Part shown: piece after piece, positions 34,118 to 34,519 of the stretch | Numbering within the stretch: the stretch's first letter is position 1 | How the letters are laid out: each line of letters opens with the position of its first letter | IMG/VR virus record: IMGVR_UViG_3300044701_000240 | Coordinates: 1 to 34,519 of that record | DNA length: 34,519 nt | Source: a virus | Taxonomy: Duplodnaviria > Caudoviricetes | Direction: 5' to 3' (one strand) | Position numbers and translations under genes: made by a program | The notes under the pieces: generated by a model | Database searches by the model: none | The model's input: the letters and a program-made list of their open reading frames with translations, nothing else | What the model was told of the DNA's origin: nothing

Positions 34118-34519
34118 ATGGCTGTCACTCAGAATACATACACTGGGAACGGGTCTACTGTTCTCTATTCATTCACCTTTCCATATCTTAGTACTGCTGA
34201 CATTAAAGTTAGCATTAACGGTACACTGACAACTGCATATACCCTAGCCAACGCTACCACTGTACAGTTTAATACAGCTCCAGTTAATGGGGCTGCTATT
34301 AGAATTTATCGTGATACGCCTGGTGATACACCTGATGCTACGTTTTATTCTGGATCCGCTATTCGATCACAAGATTTAAACGATAACTTCACACAGGTGT
34401 TGTATTATTCACAAGAGACTCGTGCTTTTGCTGAAAGTACTGATGCTTCTGCTGTACAAGCGACAGCTAACACGGCACTTGCTAACAGTAACACCGCTAT
34501 ATCTACAGCTAATGCTGCA
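34118..34519 (+). CDS. gp17: Tail fibre protein (3'-truncated)
   Basis: MAVTQNTYTGNGSTVLYSFTFPYL...IRIYRDT...FYSGSAIRSQDLNDNFTQVLY, the T7 tail-fibre N-terminal domain. Confidence 0.93.
   Translation, partial: MAVTQNTYTGNGSTVLYSFTFPYLSTADIKVSINGTLTTAYTLANATTVQFNTAPVNGAAIRIYRDTPGDTPDATFYSGSAIRSQDLNDNFTQVLYYSQETRAFAESTDASAVQATANTALANSNTAISTANAA

Noticed and set aside
1-34519. Integrase, tRNA genes, or a repeated T7-type phage promoter consensus
   Set aside because: None recognisable by eye; tRNAscan and MEME on intergenic regions would be needed to exclude them

Overview
This window is most of the genome of a T7-like (Autographiviridae) cyanobacterial podovirus, with every credible gene on the + strand. 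It opens in the 3' part of thyX, then crosses about 1 kb of non-coding DNA that looks like the genome-end junction. That stretch holds a near-consensus host sigma70 promoter and a structured early leader. Next come early genes (KTSC-like protein, cyAbrB-N/ArdA-like fusion, small acidic ORFs) separated by three RNase III-type hairpins. The replication module has RNA polymerase, SSB, endonuclease I, primase-helicase, a DNA polymerase split across a -1 frame junction, exonuclease, DUF3310, a MazG-like NTP pyrophosphatase and a small class I RNR (alpha and beta). The morphogenesis module has portal, scaffold, capsid, tail tubes A/B, three internal virion proteins and the start of the tail fibre. 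An accessory island between scaffold and capsid carries hli, an RlpA-like transglycosylase, a free-standing LAGLIDADG endonuclease overlapping an unusually divergent psbA, and several tiny basic proteins. Best leads: (1) the LAGLIDADG plus divergent D1 pair; (2) a candidate boxA + repeated hairpin + KTSC antitermination module; (3) RNase III hairpins whose 3' arms can refold into 5'-protective hairpins; (4) the cyAbrB-ArdA chimera; (5) the polymerase frameshift; (6) structured leaders before rlpA and the capsid gene. All family calls come from motif recognition by eye; no searches were run.
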